Shown here piece by piece: positions 19,797-30,329 of a DNA stretch of 64,000 nt. The translations under genes and the position numbers were made by a program. Under the pieces are notes generated by a model that worked only from the letters and a program-made list of their open reading frames with translations, made no database searches and was not told the DNA's origin. The stretch's first letter is position 1; each line of letters opens with the position of its first letter. This DNA is from Candidatus Parcubacteria bacterium. GTDB lineage: Bacteria > Patescibacteriota > Minisyncoccia > Phycocordibacterales > JAACPR01. The stretch covers positions 566 to 64,565 of the forward strand of contig JBDLUA010000001.1 of the NCBI GenBank assembly GCA_039805545.1. The letters run 5' to 3'.

Positions 19797-19909
19797 ATGA
19801 ATAGTATAACACCATATATTTGATATTTTTTTGATTCTATTCTCTTCTACAAAATTTGTTTGACACACCTTTTATTTTTTGAATATTATGAGATCAGAAT
19901 CGTACTCCT

Positions 19910-20428
19910 ATGAAAGAAACTGGAATTTCCGTTTTCATTCAAATCGGATTGCCGTACCTTTTGCTCATTAGTCTGGGTCCAATGTTTTTTCTTCTCCATC
20001 GCAAGATGAATGTGTGTGTTGAACGCTACATTATGAGGGCGATCAAGAAGAGATTTCATGTCCGGATACTAAAGCATCAACATCCGCGCAATCCGCGGTA
20101 TAAGCAATGTCATCGAGCTTTTGGGTTTGGACATGTGTGGTATATGCATGTTCGGCCCGGTCTCTTGGAAGTAAGTCTTCCCCAAACAATTTCGTATGAG
20201 TTTGAGGTCGAAAAGAGATTGAAAGTTCGTTGGCTTCAGGAGTGTGTTATGACTTCACTGCCCAGTGATCGTTATACTCTCAAAGCTTTGCCTCGTCAAA
20301 AGATGGTTGATATAAACTTTGAGGTGTTTGATAGGAAAAAGAAGTCGAGACTTGAAGTTCGAATTATACGCCTCCAAGATGACGTTCATCATCGGAAATA
20401 CCGCCTTGTCACAACTTGGCTTTCGTGA
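19910..20428 (+). CDS. Orphan protein with N-terminal TM
   Basis: TTGACA at 19860; terminator at 20429-20454. Confidence 0.65.
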   Translation: MKETGISVFIQIGLPYLLLISLGPMFFLLHRKMNVCVERYIMRAIKKRFHVRILKHQHPRNPRYKQCHRAFGFGHVWYMHVRPGLLEVSLPQTISYEFEVEKRLKVRWLQECVMTSLPSDRYTLKALPRQKMVDINFEVFDRKKKSRLEVRIIRLQDDVHHRKYRLVTTWLS

Positions 20429-20514
20429 ATCCTCCCCGTCACCACGGGGAGGATGTTCATTTTACTTTTAAGAAAAAAAGAGTAGTCTAAAATAAACTTT
20501 AATCAGATCTTCCT

Positions 20515-20910
20515 ATGAACACCAATTATTTGATAATCGGCCTTGCTTTCTTACTTATCACTGTCCTCATCACTTTGACTGCTTTTCGACGTTTTCGAAT
20601 TAGGACTGCAATAACTTTGCTCCGCCGATTCGAAAAATTTGAATCGCCAGAGTTCTACAACTTTGACTTCTCTCCGGAGGCTCAACATATTCTGTTTTGC
20701 ACTCATTTGTCTTTGGACAGGATGATGAAGTGGCTTCAAAAAAAGATGGAAACACAGTTTTTCTATGAGTATGTGGACCAAGGTTGCGATTCACAAAATC
20801 TCACTGGTCGATTTTCGGTCATCATTGGTGGTCGAACAATTCCCTTTGAACTGGTGATGTCTCATAAACCAGAGAACACAGAATTTATTTGTGTACTCAG
20901 GCCTCGGTAG
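20515..20910 (+). CDS. Orphan protein with N-terminal TM
   Basis: Terminator at ~20923-20948. Confidence 0.65.
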   Translation: MNTNYLIIGLAFLLITVLITLTAFRRFRIRTAITLLRRFEKFESPEFYNFDFSPEAQHILFCTHLSLDRMMKWLQKKMETQFFYEYVDQGCDSQNLTGRFSVIIGGRTIPFELVMSHKPENTEFICVLRPR

Positions 20911-21002
20911 CTTCTTTTCGAAGTACCCCCTCTCGCGAGGGGGTTTACTTTTTATAAAAAAGTTGTAATGTTTTATAGAACACAAATTGCACCCCCACAC
21001 CC

Positions 21003-21470
21003 ATGAACACCGAAAATCCCACGAACATTTTTACGCGTATCCTCATCCTGATATTCCTTGGTTTTACTGGAATTTCTCGTTGGAGGCATTCTATTCAGGA
21101 GCGAGACAGAAAAAGACAATTACAACAATGTGCCCAGTCTGAGCTCTTTTCCAAAATTGAGCGAGGTTTTCGAAGATTGTCCTATGATCTCCCATATTAC
21201 TTCACCACTCATTTTCCTGTCGCAGAAATCACATTCAAAACAAGAATGGAACCAGTAGTCATACATCAAGCACTTCTTGCTGTGTTGTCTGGCAACGAGC
21301 TTCTCATCCGTGAAAAGGTCGAGGAATTCAAGCAATTTTACAATAGAAGCAAGTTTGTTTTGCCAGCCAAATTCAAAGGTTTTTCTTTCTGTGTAGAAGT
21401 GCTCCATCACGACTTACAAGAAGGAGGTAAAACTCTGCATTGCTTCATTGTCAAAGTCGAAGCTCAATAA
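21003..21470 (+). CDS. Orphan protein with N-terminal TM
   Basis: Terminator at ~21478-21514. Confidence 0.65.
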   Translation: MNTENPTNIFTRILILIFLGFTGISRWRHSIQERDRKRQLQQCAQSELFSKIERGFRRLSYDLPYYFTTHFPVAEITFKTRMEPVVIHQALLAVLSGNELLIREKVEEFKQFYNRSKFVLPAKFKGFSFCVEVLHHDLQEGGKTLHCFIVKVEAQ

Positions 21471-21493
21471 TTTCGTGGAAGCCTCCCATCCTC

Positions 21494-22480
21494 CTAGGGT
21501 ACGGGAGGCTTTTCCGTACATGTACCTTTGTGTCTTGTGCTTTTAAAATACATTTCAGTTGTTGTGGAAATTTTTTTATTTTCAAATATAACAGTTACAC
21601 CCATACCGTTTTGAACATCTTCTTGAAAGTACTGATCAAAAATAAAGTTACCTAATGAATAATAGATTGGAACACCCTTGTATACTTCATGTTCTTGAAT
21701 TACATGGGGATGTGCGCCGATTACAAGGTCTGCCCCATTTGAAACAAAACTTTTGCCGAGTTCTTTGATATCTGCTCGAGTTGGTACATACTCATCTCCC
21801 CAATGAGCAAAAATAATTTGTACATCAGAAATAGATTGAGTGTTTTTTAAATCTTCAAATGTTTGTTCTTTTGTTCCAAAAAATTGATTGTACGGAATAA
21901 ATGCAAAAGTTGTGTCTCCTATCTTTTGTATTAAAAATCTTTGAGAAATATTTTTTCGTGGATCTCCAAATATACCTAGGTTTATTGTGCTTGCATTCTC
22001 AACTGTTTGTCTTATTCCTTCATCTCCAAAATCTCTAATGTGATTATTTGCAAGAGATACAGTAGAAAGCCCTAAATCTTTTAATGCTCGAACTGCTTCA
22101 ATATCAAATGTAAAACGAAAACTTTCGGGAGCTTGGTAAGAAGCATCTCTACTTACTGAATTAAAGTTTGTTATCGTTCCTTCAAGATTTCCTATTACTG
22201 CGTCATGTTTTGAGAATTCTTCTTTTAAACAGGAAAATAGATTTGCATATCCATATTGCTCCCCATCTTTTCGAATTGTCCTATCAAGCATAATATCTCC
22301 TACGAATAAGAGAGATACAGGTTTTGATTTTAGTTTAATTTTTTCTTCAAGTGTCTGAACCATGTTTTGTTTTTGGGGCTGACTTTTTGAATATAAAAAA
22401 GTTTCAAAACTAACATATAAAATAAGAAGAATGAAAAAAACTACAAGAAATATGAGAATAAGTTCCTTTTTCGGTTTCAT
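21494..22480 (-). CDS. CapA/PGA_cap family metallophosphoesterase-like protein
   Basis: VGDIMLDR, NLEG, LANNH..DFG, HWG.EY, GAHPHV, YSLGNF. Confidence 0.92.
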   Translation of the reverse strand: MKPKKELILIFLVVFFILLILYVSFETFLYSKSQPQKQNMVQTLEEKIKLKSKPVSLLFVGDIMLDRTIRKDGEQYGYANLFSCLKEEFSKHDAVIGNLEGTITNFNSVSRDASYQAPESFRFTFDIEAVRALKDLGLSTVSLANNHIRDFGDEGIRQTVENASTINLGIFGDPRKNISQRFLIQKIGDTTFAFIPYNQFFGTKEQTFEDLKNTQSISDVQIIFAHWGDEYVPTRADIKELGKSFVSNGADLVIGAHPHVIQEHEVYKGVPIYYSLGNFIFDQYFQEDVQNGMGVTVIFENKKISTTTEMYFKSTRHKGTCTEKPPVP

Positions 22481-22498
22481 ATAAATAGTATATCTCTC

Positions 22499-23596
22499 CT
22501 ATGCTTTTATACTAGTCGACATATCAAGAATTATTCCGACAATACAAAGATTAATCATAAGTGCTGTACCTCCTTGGCTAATGAACACAAGAGGCATACC
22601 TACAACTGGAAGTATTCCAAGCATAGATGCCATATTGATAAAACTTTGAGTAATGATAAGGGTTACAGATCCAACGATAAAATATTTTGCAAAATTATCT
22701 TTTGATACTGCTGCTAGTTTATACCCTCGAAGTGCCCAAGCGGTATACAAAAGGATTAGAACTACTGCACCAACAAAACCCATTTCTTCCGAATATACTG
22801 CAAAGATAGAATCCCCCGCTGGTTCTGGAAGATATTTAAATTTTTGAACACTTTGTCCATATCCTTTTCCAAAAAAACCTCCTGAACCTACTGCGATAAG
22901 TGCTTGCTGTACTTGAAAATTTGCTCCTCGGGAATCGTGATTGATATTTATAAAAGATAATGCACGAGTTCGCACATGATCGATAGATAAGCCGACCGTT
23001 CCAAGCAGAAGCACTCCTATCGTTCCAAAAATTATGATTTCTTTGAGGGGTGCCTTAGATGTACATAAAATTGCAATGAGTGGAATTGCCAAGATAATAA
23101 TTCCATCAAAGTCTGGTTGAAGTATGAGTGGTACTGCAGCGATTACAATAATCACCGCGAGAGAAAAAATTCCAAACCGAGTCTTCTCATTTCTTTTTTG
23201 AAACTTTGCTATCCATGCTGAAAAAAAGATAATACTTGAAATTTTAACAAGTTCTATTGGTTGAAATGAAACACCAAATATATCAATCCATCGCTTCGCT
23301 CCATTGTATCCATACCCAAGACCAGGAATAAAAACTAAAAAGAGAGAGATTATTGAAAACACAAAAATCCAAGGAGCTATTCTTTTGAGGAATTTATATT
23401 TGATAGAAAAAACTATGAATGCAAGAAGTGAACCAGCACAAAGTCCTATGATAAGTTGATTAAAAATAAGCCCTGAATATTCTAAATTTTGTCTGGAAGC
23501 AAATCCAAGTGCTGCAGAATAAAAAATAAAAATCCCTGAGATGATAAGAGCAAGTGACAATATAAAGAACGGTTTATCTATTTTTTTATCTACCAT
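22499..23596 (-). CDS. ftsW: SEDS family protein FtsW
   Basis: GAKRWI, FQP.E..K, QPDF, GSGG..GKG, LPE...D.IF, G.PL.FIS.GGT. Confidence 0.9.
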   Translation of the reverse strand: MVDKKIDKPFFILSLALIISGIFIFYSAALGFASRQNLEYSGLIFNQLIIGLCAGSLLAFIVFSIKYKFLKRIAPWIFVFSIISLFLVFIPGLGYGYNGAKRWIDIFGVSFQPIELVKISSIIFFSAWIAKFQKRNEKTRFGIFSLAVIIVIAAVPLILQPDFDGIIILAIPLIAILCTSKAPLKEIIIFGTIGVLLLGTVGLSIDHVRTRALSFININHDSRGANFQVQQALIAVGSGGFFGKGYGQSVQKFKYLPEPAGDSIFAVYSEEMGFVGAVVLILLYTAWALRGYKLAAVSKDNFAKYFIVGSVTLIITQSFINMASMLGILPVVGMPLVFISQGGTALMINLCIVGIILDMSTSIKA

Positions 23597-23602
23597 TTGT
23601 TA

Positions 23603-24679
23603 TTAGCGAATTATTATACTTAGTATAACTCCAAGTGTTGCGCAAATCACTCCAAATATCCAGTATCGCATTGTAACTTTATATGAGGGCCATCCAAGTG
23701 CTTCAAAGTGATGATGAATTGGTGTTGAATGAAAAATCTTTTTTCCGTTTCTGAGTTTTTTTGATGCTAATTGAATCATAACGGAGAGAACTGTAAGTAC
23801 GAGAGGTAGTGCGATAATTGGAAGAACAAGAAGTCCTGCTCCATCACCAAGTTTGTCTGTCATAAGTGCAATCGTTGTAAGCGTAATGGTGAGTGCCATT
23901 GAACCTGTCTCAGACATATAAAATCGTGCGGGAGGAATATTAAACCAAAGAAATGCAAGAGTTGATCCAACAATCAATGCACAAAAGGCCGCGATATCAA
24001 TTTGATGATTCGAAAATGCAATGATTGCGTATGCTCCGAACGCAACTGTAAAGACACCTCCTGCAAGTCCGTCTACCCCATCAATTACACCTCCTGAATA
24101 CATAAAGAGCATAAGAAGCATAAAGAACGGAATGAAGAAGATTCCTAGGTCAAAATAGCCCAAAAAAGGCACAAAAATGGCTGAGATTTCGAGTTTTGTG
24201 TAAAACCAGAATCCTATAGCAATTGCAACCAAACCCACAAATAGAAGCCGTTTCTTGGCTGAAAGACCTCCGGCCTTCTGGTCTGCTGCACCTTTGATTT
24301 CCATAAGGTCATCCACGAGTCCTACGAGTGCTCCGAGGATAAGTGTAGAGAAAGGAATCCAAGTTTGATTTCGGTTGATAAATTCAAGAGTAGTAAAAGC
24401 ATCAATATGAACTATTTTTGCCAAAAACCAAACAACAAAAGCAGTTATAAGCGCAGAGAGCCAAATAATTGCACCTCCCATCCGTGGTGTGTTTACTTCT
24501 TTGTCTTTGTGAAGTGACATGAAGACGGTCGCTTCGCGACCGTCGACTGTGACAGACTTCACTTTCTTCTTCCACATTTTATTTTTATATAAATAGTCTG
24601 TAACTGTTGGAGTAATACCAATTCCTACTAAGAATCCCAATACAGCTGGGAGCAAAACTTTTACTACATCTAAAATCAT
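23603..24679 (-). CDS. mraY: Phospho-N-acetylmuramoyl-pentapeptide transferase
   Basis: TPRMGG, GLVDD, DGVDGL, FLWFN..PA, PIHHHFE. Confidence 0.96.
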   Translation of the reverse strand: MILDVVKVLLPAVLGFLVGIGITPTVTDYLYKNKMWKKKVKSVTVDGREATVFMSLHKDKEVNTPRMGGAIIWLSALITAFVVWFLAKIVHIDAFTTLEFINRNQTWIPFSTLILGALVGLVDDLMEIKGAADQKAGGLSAKKRLLFVGLVAIAIGFWFYTKLEISAIFVPFLGYFDLGIFFIPFFMLLMLFMYSGGVIDGVDGLAGGVFTVAFGAYAIIAFSNHQIDIAAFCALIVGSTLAFLWFNIPPARFYMSETGSMALTITLTTIALMTDKLGDGAGLLVLPIIALPLVLTVLSVMIQLASKKLRNGKKIFHSTPIHHHFEALGWPSYKVTMRYWIFGVICATLGVILSIIIR

Positions 24680-24760
24680 ATGCGCTAAGTATAAGATATT
24701 TGAAGAGGTTGGGCTAGATAGTTATTCTTCCCTTAATAGCATCGCGCACTTTGCAAAGTT

Positions 24761-25708
24761 CTATCTCATCCTCTCCCTCACTTGTTTAAAGTATGCTTCT
24801 TGCAATTTGAGCACATCTTCAAATCGAGAATCTTTTGTTGGTGATTTGAGAACAACAAACGCAGTTGGTTCATTGAGTCCCATATCAGCTACAACAGCAA
24901 GGTTTCCTCCTGCAAGATCTGTGTATCCTGTTTTTGATACAAGAAGACCAGGAATCTTATCTGCGATTTCATTTGTGTTTGTCGCAGCTTGCACACCTTC
25001 TGGAGTATCTATGTTGATATTCTTATGTTGAGTTTTTTCATATAAAGGAAGATCTGTTTTTATTACGTATGAAAGTATTTTCGAAACATCAGCCGCAGTT
25101 CCCTTTGATGCAATTACACCTCTTGAATCATCATCTAGACCTGTTTCATTATAAAATCGTGTATTAACAAGACCGATTGATGCAACAAGTGAATTCATGT
25201 TTTGAATAAAATTTTCAGGAGATTTTGTATTTTGAGCAAGCGAGTGTGCTCCATCATTAGAAGAAGTTACAAGGGTATATTGAATCAATTCTTTTTTGTT
25301 CCAAGAATCATTCTCAACAAGTCGAGCATCTCCGTATTCGGCAAAGTCTGTCATTTTATCAACTGACACATTGTTTGAATTAATTTGATCGTCAGCAACT
25401 TTTGCTGTTACTAGTTTTGTGAGAGATGCGAGAGGTAGTTGCTTATCTGGATTTTTTTCATATATAACAGAATTTGTATTAAGTGAGACAACAATTGCAG
25501 AATATGCTTCTGTTTGAATTTTATTATTTAAATTTATAGAAATTTGCTCTATTGGTTCGGGTTGTGCGAGTTCTTGTACTTTTTTCTTAGAGTCTTCGAG
25601 ATATAAAAAATAGATTGCAACAAATAGAGGCAAAAACAAAACAAGCGTTGTGAGATACAACACTCGGATTTGTTTTGCTTTTGCTTTTACGAGATCATTG
25701 ATTTGCAT
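24761..25708 (-). CDS. D-alanyl-D-alanine carboxypeptidase (S11)
   Basis: SxxK (ASLTK), SxN (SSN), KTG. Confidence 0.9.
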   Translation of the reverse strand: MQINDLVKAKAKQIRVLYLTTLVLFLPLFVAIYFLYLEDSKKKVQELAQPEPIEQISINLNNKIQTEAYSAIVVSLNTNSVIYEKNPDKQLPLASLTKLVTAKVADDQINSNNVSVDKMTDFAEYGDARLVENDSWNKKELIQYTLVTSSNDGAHSLAQNTKSPENFIQNMNSLVASIGLVNTRFYNETGLDDDSRGVIASKGTAADVSKILSYVIKTDLPLYEKTQHKNINIDTPEGVQAATNTNEIADKIPGLLVSKTGYTDLAGGNLAVVADMGLNEPTAFVVLKSPTKDSRFEDVLKLQEAYFKQVRERMR

Positions 25709-26243
25709 TGTTTGAGTTTTCTTTAATAAATTGTGCTAATTCGTGTTTAATTTCCTTAAAATTAGGCAATTCGTCTAACTTATTTAAACCTAAAAACTTG
25801 ATTGTGTCTAGTGTGACATTGTACATAGGAGTTTTTGAGTTTTGGTCTCGTTCTACAAGACCCCGGACAAGTAGACTTCGTAGTGTAAACTGTGAGTTCA
25901 CTCCTCTAATAAAATCAATCATACTTCGAGCGATTGGACCCATATACAAGATAATGCTGAGAGTCTCGAGAGAAGCATTACTCAATTCTGTTTCGAGTTC
26001 TTGCTTTTGAAGTTTGCTAATAACTTCTGCAGTCTCTGTTGTTGTTACGAGTTCTGCTTCAATATCATTAAAAGTAATTGTAATTCCCTTCCCTACATAT
26101 TCTTGTGCGAGTTCTGCGACAAACTTTTTTGCCTCGTCCTTATCTATTTCAAGTATTGATGAAATTTCTTTATAAGAAACAGGCTGCCCTTTAAATAAAA
26201 GAATTGATTCGATATATTTTTTTGTATCTGTATTATGCTCCAT
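25695..26243 (-). CDS. scpB: SMC-Scp subunit ScpB
   Basis: LSNASLETLSII.Y..P, IRGVNS, FLGL..LDELP. Confidence 0.95.
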   Translation of the reverse strand: MEHNTDTKKYIESILLFKGQPVSYKEISSILEIDKDEAKKFVAELAQEYVGKGITITFNDIEAELVTTTETAEVISKLQKQELETELSNASLETLSIILYMGPIARSMIDFIRGVNSQFTLRSLLVRGLVERDQNSKTPMYNVTLDTIKFLGLNKLDELPNFKEIKHELAQFIKENSNNANQ

Positions 26244-26964
26244 AACTTGGTATGCTTGGTTCTTTTGTTTCTACAAGGATATCTTCAAAAGTAGAATGTT
26301 GATTTGCATCTACATTTCCTAACTTTACAAGTTCTAGTATAGCAAGAAAACTGATAATCACATTCTTTTTTTCCTTATGCTCTTTGCTTAATGTTTTAAA
26401 TGAGATGGTCATGTTTTGCCGTACACGATTAATTACTTTGTTCATCATTTCTTCAAGAGAAATAGTTTTTGTAACCCGTTTCTCTGGTTTCTTTTCTGTC
26501 TTTGGTAAATGATGAAGAACTTGATCAATAAACCATTTCATTTTTAATACGTCAATTTGCTGTGTAGGAGAAAAAGTAATGATTTGCTTCTTTATGTGTA
26601 ATCTTGAAAATTGAGGTTTTTTTCCAAATAAATCTTTTACATCTTTTGATGCTCTTCGAATAATTTGCAAAAGCTTAAGCCTGAGTTCAAGATCTTCTAT
26701 CTCTGTTGTTTCTTCTGGGTTTAAATCAAGTTGTGGAAGAAGACTTTTTGATTTGATAAGAATAAGTGTTGAAGCAATTGAGAGAAAGTCTGTAATTTTG
26801 TATAAATCTTTTTGTTCTAAAATAGAAACAAACTCAAGAAAGTCATTTGTTACCTGAGATAAACTAATTTCATTAATAAGAAGTTTTCGTTTTTCAATTA
26901 AATCAAGAAGCAACGAGAGTGGTCCTTCAAATACTTTTGTTGAAACTGAAAAATCAGTAGACAT
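26233..26964 (-). CDS. scpA: SMC-Scp subunit ScpA
   Basis: FEGPL.LLL.LI, IKSKSLLP, FLAILEL.K. Confidence 0.95.
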   Translation of the reverse strand: MSTDFSVSTKVFEGPLSLLLDLIEKRKLLINEISLSQVTNDFLEFVSILEQKDLYKITDFLSIASTLILIKSKSLLPQLDLNPEETTEIEDLELRLKLLQIIRRASKDVKDLFGKKPQFSRLHIKKQIITFSPTQQIDVLKMKWFIDQVLHHLPKTEKKPEKRVTKTISLEEMMNKVINRVRQNMTISFKTLSKEHKEKKNVIISFLAILELVKLGNVDANQHSTFEDILVETKEPSIPSYGA

Positions 26965-26968
26965 ATAT

Positions 26969-27940
26969 TTATAATTTTGTTCCAATAGCAATTCGAACTT
27001 GATCCATTGTCTTTTCTACTTCCTTTCTAATCTTCTTTTTTCCTGCTTCGAGAACTTTTTTAACCTCTTTATCACTAATTGAATTAAATTTTTCTCGAAT
27101 TGGTGCAATGAATTTTTCTATTGATTCGATACACATGTCTTTTGCCTCCTTATATCCCATTCCCCCATCAAGATACTTTGCTCGTACAGTTTCTTTTTCT
27201 TCATCAGAAAGAAAAAGTGAGTGAATTTTATAGATATTATTTGTATCAGGGTTTTTTGAATCTGCGAGCGCAGCAGAATCTGTAGGAATACTCATTACTG
27301 CTTTTTTAATTTCTTCATATGTTGCAAATAGTGGGATTACATTGTTGTAACTCTTACTCATTTTTTGCCCATCAGTTCCAGGAACAGCTTCCATATCTTC
27401 GATGATATATTCTTGTGGTTCTATAAAAATCTCACCAAATGTATTATTAAACTTTCGCGCAATTTCTCGCGCAATTTCTACATGTTGTTTTTGATCTTTT
27501 CCAACGGGTACTAGATTAATTTTGTTAAGAAGAATATCTGCGGCCATAAGTACAGGATAATCAAAGAGACCAACATTTACTTCTTTGTTCTTTGCTTCTG
27601 CATCCTTGAATGCATGTGCTCTCATAAGATATGGAACCGTAGTGAGACAATTGAATGTCCATGTGAGTTCGGTAACTTCAGGTATGTCAGATTGTTTAAA
27701 GATAGTTGCCTTTTTTGGATTGAGGCCGACTGCAAGATATGTTTTTACAATATTAATAATGTTTTTTTGTAATGCTTCTTTGTTTTGAACTGTGGTAAGT
27801 GCGTGCAAGTCTGCAATAAAAAAATAATTTTCAAAATCAGAATTATTTTGAAAATCGACGAATTGTTTGATTGCTCCAAAATAGTTTCCAATATGTACAT
27901 CCCCTGTTGGTTTAACACCTGATATTACTCGTTTTGACAT
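26969..27940 (-). CDS. trpS: Tryptophan--tRNA ligase
   Basis: HIGN, YPVLMAADIL, VPVGKDQ, KMSKS. Confidence 0.98.
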   Translation of the reverse strand: MSKRVISGVKPTGDVHIGNYFGAIKQFVDFQNNSDFENYFFIADLHALTTVQNKEALQKNIINIVKTYLAVGLNPKKATIFKQSDIPEVTELTWTFNCLTTVPYLMRAHAFKDAEAKNKEVNVGLFDYPVLMAADILLNKINLVPVGKDQKQHVEIAREIARKFNNTFGEIFIEPQEYIIEDMEAVPGTDGQKMSKSYNNVIPLFATYEEIKKAVMSIPTDSAALADSKNPDTNNIYKIHSLFLSDEEKETVRAKYLDGGMGYKEAKDMCIESIEKFIAPIREKFNSISDKEVKKVLEAGKKKIRKEVEKTMDQVRIAIGTKL

Positions 27941-27967
27941 GTGGTTAGTATAGCAAAACCTCTCTCA

Positions 27968-28088
27968 CACGTCATCCTCGCGGAGGTGAGGATCAAGGTA
28001 CGAAATAAGATATGTAAAGAAATGGTTTAGATTGCTTTTTACTATTTCTTACAGTGATCCTGGATCCCTGCCTACGCAGGGATGACAT
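27968..28088 (+). mobile_element. ~120-bp MITE/BIME-like composite of two inverted CGTC/TGTC palindromes
   Basis: Reverse complement aligns end to end with 32861-32980, including the AT-rich spacer. Confidence 0.75.
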
Positions 28089-28167
28089 GCTGTATTGTCA
28101 CATTCTAGGCATGACTCATATTAAAAACTACCCACCCTCTTGTGAGGGTGGGTTGTTTCTGGACAAA

Positions 28168-28317
28168 TCAATGTCGGGTCTTACCGCGCTTTCCGCGACG
28201 TCCTCCTTTGTGGAAGAAACGTGGTTTGTGGGTGCGAGTAAAACGCAAGTTTTCGGTAAGTGCGAGTGCCAGAAGAATTTCATGGCTCCAACGGTAGGTG
28301 CGAGGTGCTTCTTTCAT
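28168..28317 (-). CDS. Small highly basic protein (49 aa, not in ORF track)
   Basis: Hand translation MKEAPRTYRWSHEILLALALTENLRFTRTHKPRFFHKGGRRGKRGKTRH*; terminator at ~28126-28158. Confidence 0.5.
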   Translation of the reverse strand: MKEAPRTYRWSHEILLALALTENLRFTRTHKPRFFHKGGRRGKRGKTRH

Positions 28318-28355
28318 ACCATTTTTAATCCTAACTCTCCCAAAAAATTTTGCAA

Positions 28356-28820
28356 CTAGTCTGAATGTGAATTTGATGCATAGATAAGTGCAAGTGGAAT
28401 AAGAATAAGAACATAGTATGGAATCTTATCTAGAATAAAAGCACTGAATGGAAAATTGATATTAATAATTTTATCTAATGGAAGAATTTTGTAATACGCG
28501 ATAAAGAGTGAAAAGATTGCAGAAAATGCAAGCATAATCGAATCTAGTATGTGTCGTCCTCCATATCCTCCTCCAAATGCAGTAATTGACCGTTTCATCA
28601 AGAATATAAGTATTGCATATACTACAAGAAATAATAAAACTTTTGCAGACGCCTCTGTTGCCTTAAAAGGAAGTGTTGAATATACAAATGTTGCAACATA
28701 AAAAGGAATAACGAATCGTGCAACACTTTTTTTACTCTTCTTGTATGCTACAAAAAAAGTAAAGATAAAAATTGCTAATAAAATAATGACATCTAATGTC
28801 AAAAAACCAAATTGAATCAT
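28356..28820 (-). CDS. Hypothetical multi-pass membrane protein
   Basis: About five hydrophobic segments; TATAAT just before ATG 28820. Confidence 0.75.
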   Translation of the reverse strand: MIQFGFLTLDVIILLAIFIFTFFVAYKKSKKSVARFVIPFYVATFVYSTLPFKATEASAKVLLFLVVYAILIFLMKRSITAFGGGYGGRHILDSIMLAFSAIFSLFIAYYKILPLDKIININFPFSAFILDKIPYYVLILIPLALIYASNSHSD

Positions 28821-28827
28821 GGGTATA

Positions 28828-29703
28828 TTATACTCCGAGATCTTGCAACTCTTCAAGCAACTTCTTCGCTTTCTTGTCTAACTTCTTTGGAATATCAATC
28901 GATACAACTACATAGAGATCTCCTCGTGTATGTTTATTGTATTGCACACCTTCTCCTTTTATTCTAAATATTTCTCCAGGTCTTGTTGCTTCTGGAATTT
29001 TTATTTCTATTTCTCTTTCAACACCTTGAATTTTCTTTTTTGTTCCAAGAATTAATTCTGTTGGTTTGAGTTTGAGTTCTGTTTCAAGATGATATCCATT
29101 CTTTACAAGTGTTGGGTGCTTCTCTACATGAACAATTACAAGCAAGTCTCCTGGGTTTCCATCTTGAATAGGTTCTCCCTTACCTGGAACTTTGAGAATT
29201 TGTCTATCTTCAATTCCTGCTGGAATAGAAATTTCAACTTCATGTTTTTGTGAATCTCTTTTTTTATAAAATGAAATCTTTTTTGTAACTCCAAATACAG
29301 ATTCTTTAAATGAAATAGTTACATCTACTTGAATGTTTTGACCTTTTGGTGTTCGCCTCATTCCACCACCAAAGAATTGTGAAAAAATATCTCCAAGATC
29401 AAAGTCTGCATGTTGCCCTCCAAACCCTCCGGTGAACTGTGAAAAATCAAATCCTTCAAACCCTCCAAATCCACCCTGCCCTCCTTGTCCATTAAAGTTT
29501 GCAGAACCAAATGTATCGTATTGCTTTCGCTTCTCTTCATTTCCTAGTATCGAATATGCTTCGTTTATTTCTTTAAACTTTTTTTCATCTCCTGTTTTTT
29601 TATCAGGGTGATATTGTTGTGCAAGCTTTCGAAATGCTTTCTTAATCTCGTCTTGTGACGCGCTCTTCTCTACACCTAGAATTTTGTAATAGTCATGTGC
29701 CAT
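28828..29703 (-). CDS. dnaJ: DnaJ chaperone without zinc-finger (class B/CbpA-like)
   Basis: J domain with HPD, G/F region, C-terminal domain; no CxxCxGxG repeats. Confidence 0.9.
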   Translation of the reverse strand: MAHDYYKILGVEKSASQDEIKKAFRKLAQQYHPDKKTGDEKKFKEINEAYSILGNEEKRKQYDTFGSANFNGQGGQGGFGGFEGFDFSQFTGGFGGQHADFDLGDIFSQFFGGGMRRTPKGQNIQVDVTISFKESVFGVTKKISFYKKRDSQKHEVEISIPAGIEDRQILKVPGKGEPIQDGNPGDLLVIVHVEKHPTLVKNGYHLETELKLKPTELILGTKKKIQGVEREIEIKIPEATRPGEIFRIKGEGVQYNKHTRGDLYVVVSIDIPKKLDKKAKKLLEELQDLGV

Positions 29704-29794
29704 AGTGTGCTGATTTTAGCAGAAAATAGGAGAAATGGAAGGCATTGATTCTTTTTAAAGATGAGATAAATTGTAATAAACAGATCCAACAATT

Positions 29795-30280
29795 ATGAAA
29801 ATCAAACACTATCCGCGTCGACACCTGGCGAATATTCGAAATGCACTTAAAGAAATCATCGACATGAGTCACAAAAACAGAATCGATGCTACCTCAGCTG
29901 CCTCTTGTGAACTTATGGCGGAAGATATCCCGTCTGCCAGACAACTTCAGTTGGAGGTCGCGCAAGGCTTGCGCGAAAGAATCGCTGAAAGGAACGCAAG
30001 AATCGAAGCCCTCAAAAAATGGGTAGAAAAAAGGTCTCCGCGCTTTTTCGAGAAAGTCACTTTTGTTCAGGGATACATCACCACCTGGGATCTTGACTTG
30101 CCCGCTATACGCCATGCTCCGGTTGTGGTGGCTCATCCAAGAAAAAAACATTCTGAAGAATTGACCTTAGAGAAGCGCACTGCTCATCTCGAGCGGCGTC
30201 GCTCCGCAATGAAACAATGGTATTGCTTCTTCTTTGGAACGAGTCACTTGGAAAGTCATTCTTTGTTTGAAAAAGATTGA
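29795..30280 (+). CDS. Orphan hypothetical protein between dnaK and dnaJ, opposite strand
   Basis: 161-aa ORF; hairpin at 30294-30315. Confidence 0.65.
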   Translation: MKIKHYPRRHLANIRNALKEIIDMSHKNRIDATSAASCELMAEDIPSARQLQLEVAQGLRERIAERNARIEALKKWVEKRSPRFFEKVTFVQGYITTWDLDLPAIRHAPVVVAHPRKKHSEELTLEKRTAHLERRRSAMKQWYCFFFGTSHLESHSLFEKD

Positions 30281-30329
30281 TTTTCTTATCGAAAGCCGCC
30301 CCGTAAGGGGCGGCTCTTCTCATTTTAGA

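Noticed and set aside
19910-21514. Integron cassette array
   Set aside because: The intergenic hairpins are unrelated terminators without RYYYAAC/GTTRRRY attC ends, and no integrase is present.
28168-28317. Trp attenuator leader peptide for trpS
   Set aside because: Only one Trp codon, far from the hairpin; trpS has its own adjacent -10 box.
28054-28359. Plus-strand 101-aa ORF starting MILDPCLRRDD
   Set aside because: It begins inside the palindromic element and crosses a terminator; the minus-strand 49-aa ORF fits the signals better.
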